Source: Klebsormidium nitens (Eukaryota; Plantae; Klebsormidiophyceae). From it: a stretch of DNA of 64,000 bases. The stretch spans positions 70,120 to 134,119 of the forward strand of contig DF237178.1 in NCBI GenBank assembly GCA_000708835.1. The letters are read 5' to 3'. This document shows, piece by piece, positions 61,835 to 64,000 of the stretch. The position numbers and the translations under genes are program-made. The number at the start of each line of letters is the position of its first letter. Position 1 is the stretch's first letter. The notes below the pieces were generated by a model. It was not told the DNA's origin, made no database searches, and worked only from the letters and a program-made list of their open reading frames with translations.

Positions 61835-63771
61835 ATGGCTTCCCGCCAGCTGTCAGCCCTGCTCCTAGTCCTGGCGCTCACCGCCCAGGCGGCGTCCGCT
61901 AACTACGTGGGTTACGTCGACCCGTGCTCTGGAAGTACCACGAACAAGTGCAGTGCGGCGGCGCTGGGAACATACAACCCGCCTGGACTTACGAGCTGCA
62001 ACGGAATTATCGTGAGCTGCTACACTAGTTACACCAATGACGGCAAATGCGGGAGCACAAAAGACACCACCTGTCCGGCGTGCGTCGTTAGCGGGAACAC
62101 GGTGACTCTTAGTTGCACCAACAAACCCTCGGGCGGCCAGTGTGCCAACACAAACCCTGGTGAGGGAATTTCTTTTTTAAAGTTCGTGGGCGCAATGTTG
62201 GGGGTGAACTTGGACGGACTGAAGTGACTGAGAAGCGCAGCTTTGTGCGTACCTGGAGCAGGAACTGGTTATATTTGGAGGAGCATCATCTTTGCGCGCT
62301 TTGAAGGATTTGTTTTTGCAGATTGTGCTTGTACGATGGCAGCAGCGGAGTCGGAGCCCCGTTTTGCATGGTAGCGGGGGGTCAATTGCCTATCTACAAA
62401 GTGCCAGCGAAAATGGGCTAGCTCTGCTTCAATTCGTTTCCCTTGTCCTTCAAGGCAGCGCTTTGTCCAGCTGCCTCGACCTCCCAAGAAAAAGACGTCT
62501 GTTTGGCAACCCTCTACGCGCATTTATCGACTGGATAATGTGCTGCAGATCAAAGAATCTTTCTTCTCAACAACCTGCGAGGGCCTCTTCATAAGATACT
62601 GCCACTTCTGGGAGGCTTGGTTGTCAATCTCTTTGACACTGCAAACCAAGCAGAGAAGACAGCCGGGCGCATTTAGCCATTTGCAGGTGACTTGTCAGGT
62701 CTCGTTATTTTCCAAAGACCATCTTTCTCTGCTTGCATTCCACACCAGCTTCCAGAACTATTGTACCTTGCCTAACAGAGCTCCTCACTGAAAAGGTCGC
62801 CCCTTTGTGTGCAGTCCAATACAGCGGGACAGCTGTCTGTGGCGACCCGCACTTTGCGGCCCCCGGCGGCATCTTCTTTGACTGGCACGGCGTGCGCGAC
62901 CAGGTCTTCAGCATCATCTCTGACACCAACTTCCAGGTAAGAAGCTTGAAAGCAATTCGGAGGCAGGGCTGGTGTCAAGACAGGCACCAAAGCTGCCACC
63001 TTTGACGACTATTCAGAGTGGGGTCATGGTCTGAACTTCAAATGATTGCTGATTTGACAGAGACTGCATGTTAGTTTTGATTGACCCCACCGAATTAATA
63101 AGCCACAATGCTGCCTGAATCTTCAGCATGGTTTTGTGATGTGTCAGGGATCTGAACATGGCTTCCTTGCGCCTGGCATTCGTACAGTTGGGTCTCTTAG
63201 TTGCCAAGGGTCAGTCAAGGTTTTGTAGTGGGCTGCTGGTTGCTAGTACCTCCACATTCTTTGCATCTATGCAAAAAGTAGATATTAAGATAATAAGTCG
63301 AATGTCTCTAACTTTGTTTTATGCTACCGGCCTGTTGCCTAGTGGTTGTTGCGCATGCATGCACACTTAGATGGCGAAACCAGACGATGAAGTCCAGCTG
63401 TTTCATGCCTCGTCTGGACGCAGTTGCCTCTTTTCTAGGCAATCCCACGCAACGTTGTCCGATCTAAAGGTGCCTCAACACAAAACGGCCCTCATTTCTC
63501 GCACACTGTAGTCTCCCGATATCACCAGGTTCGGATTGTCCTGTCTGCCGCTTTCTAATCAGGTTCCACCCCCGGTTTTAATCCCAGAAACCACCTCTGT
63601 TGACATCAGTCCTGCAGTTGTCATAGACTACCTCTTTTGACGTCACCCTGCAATCGTCAAGTTCTAATTGACCTTTCTATGATGCTTTGTTTCTCCCTCA
63701 TGCAGTTCAACGCCCGGTTCATCGGCGAGCGCACCGACACTCAGAACGTCGAGCACGGCACCTGGATGGAG
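61835..63771 (+). CDS. Secreted Cys-rich protein with root cap/LEA-related (VWD-like) domain, 5' partial
   Basis: Exons 61835-62159, 62815-62936, 63706-63771; the gene continues beyond the window. Signal peptide MASRQLSALLLVLALTAQAASA, a Cys-rich segment, then CGDPHFAAPGGIFFDWHGVRDQVFSIISDTNFQFNARFIG...TWME, matching the root-cap family GDPxF...FxFHG...N(A)xFIG...TW pattern. Confidence 0.8.
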
Positions 63772-64000
63772 GTAAGCCAAGGGCCCATCCTTTCGAAGGG
63801 ATCCCTCCCGGGTTTCGCTCTGACGAGTTTGGCCCCCTACCTCCTGCCCCCCCCTCCTGCTTCTCCGCACTTCTCGGGTAGACGGGACGGATGGAATGAC
63901 CAGAATCCAAACTTCAACCTGTCTCTGGCTTGTAATTTTGTGCGGGTCGAAGGGAAAGGAAGAATCTGAGCGACGTAGTTGCCCCCTCGCTGAAGTGACG

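Overview
Gene-dense eukaryotic nuclear DNA with GT-AG introns and GC-rich exons. The plant-like gene set suggests a streptophyte green alga such as Klebsormidium (inference). I reconstructed ten genes by hand: a Golgi-type sulfotransferase (+), an LYR-motif/YccV-like domain protein (-), a plastid G6PD with several substituted substrate-binding residues (+), a ~1440-aa NEK kinase (-), a coiled-coil protein (+), a coiled-coil protein with a C-terminal TM helix (+), an intronless, four-lesion helical-bundle/U-box/ARM pseudogene (+), a conserved plant protein with ~10 LVKxxSRLExEK repeats (-), a plastid-targeted ABC-F of the EttA type (+), and the 5' part of a secreted root-cap/VWD-like protein (+, cut by the window end). 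Two small MITE-like families have two copies each. I found no rRNA, credible tRNA or CRISPR array. The most striking unexplained pattern is 12 tandem duplications spanning splice junctions in 6 of the 9 intron-containing genes, plus one spanning a stop codon. Units are mostly ~95-190 bp (one is 299 bp). They leave 'ghost' exon edges in introns at every stage of decay, some with intact decoy splice sites and some with the AG lost. Exon coordinates are manual and were checked for phase consistency, but not against transcripts.
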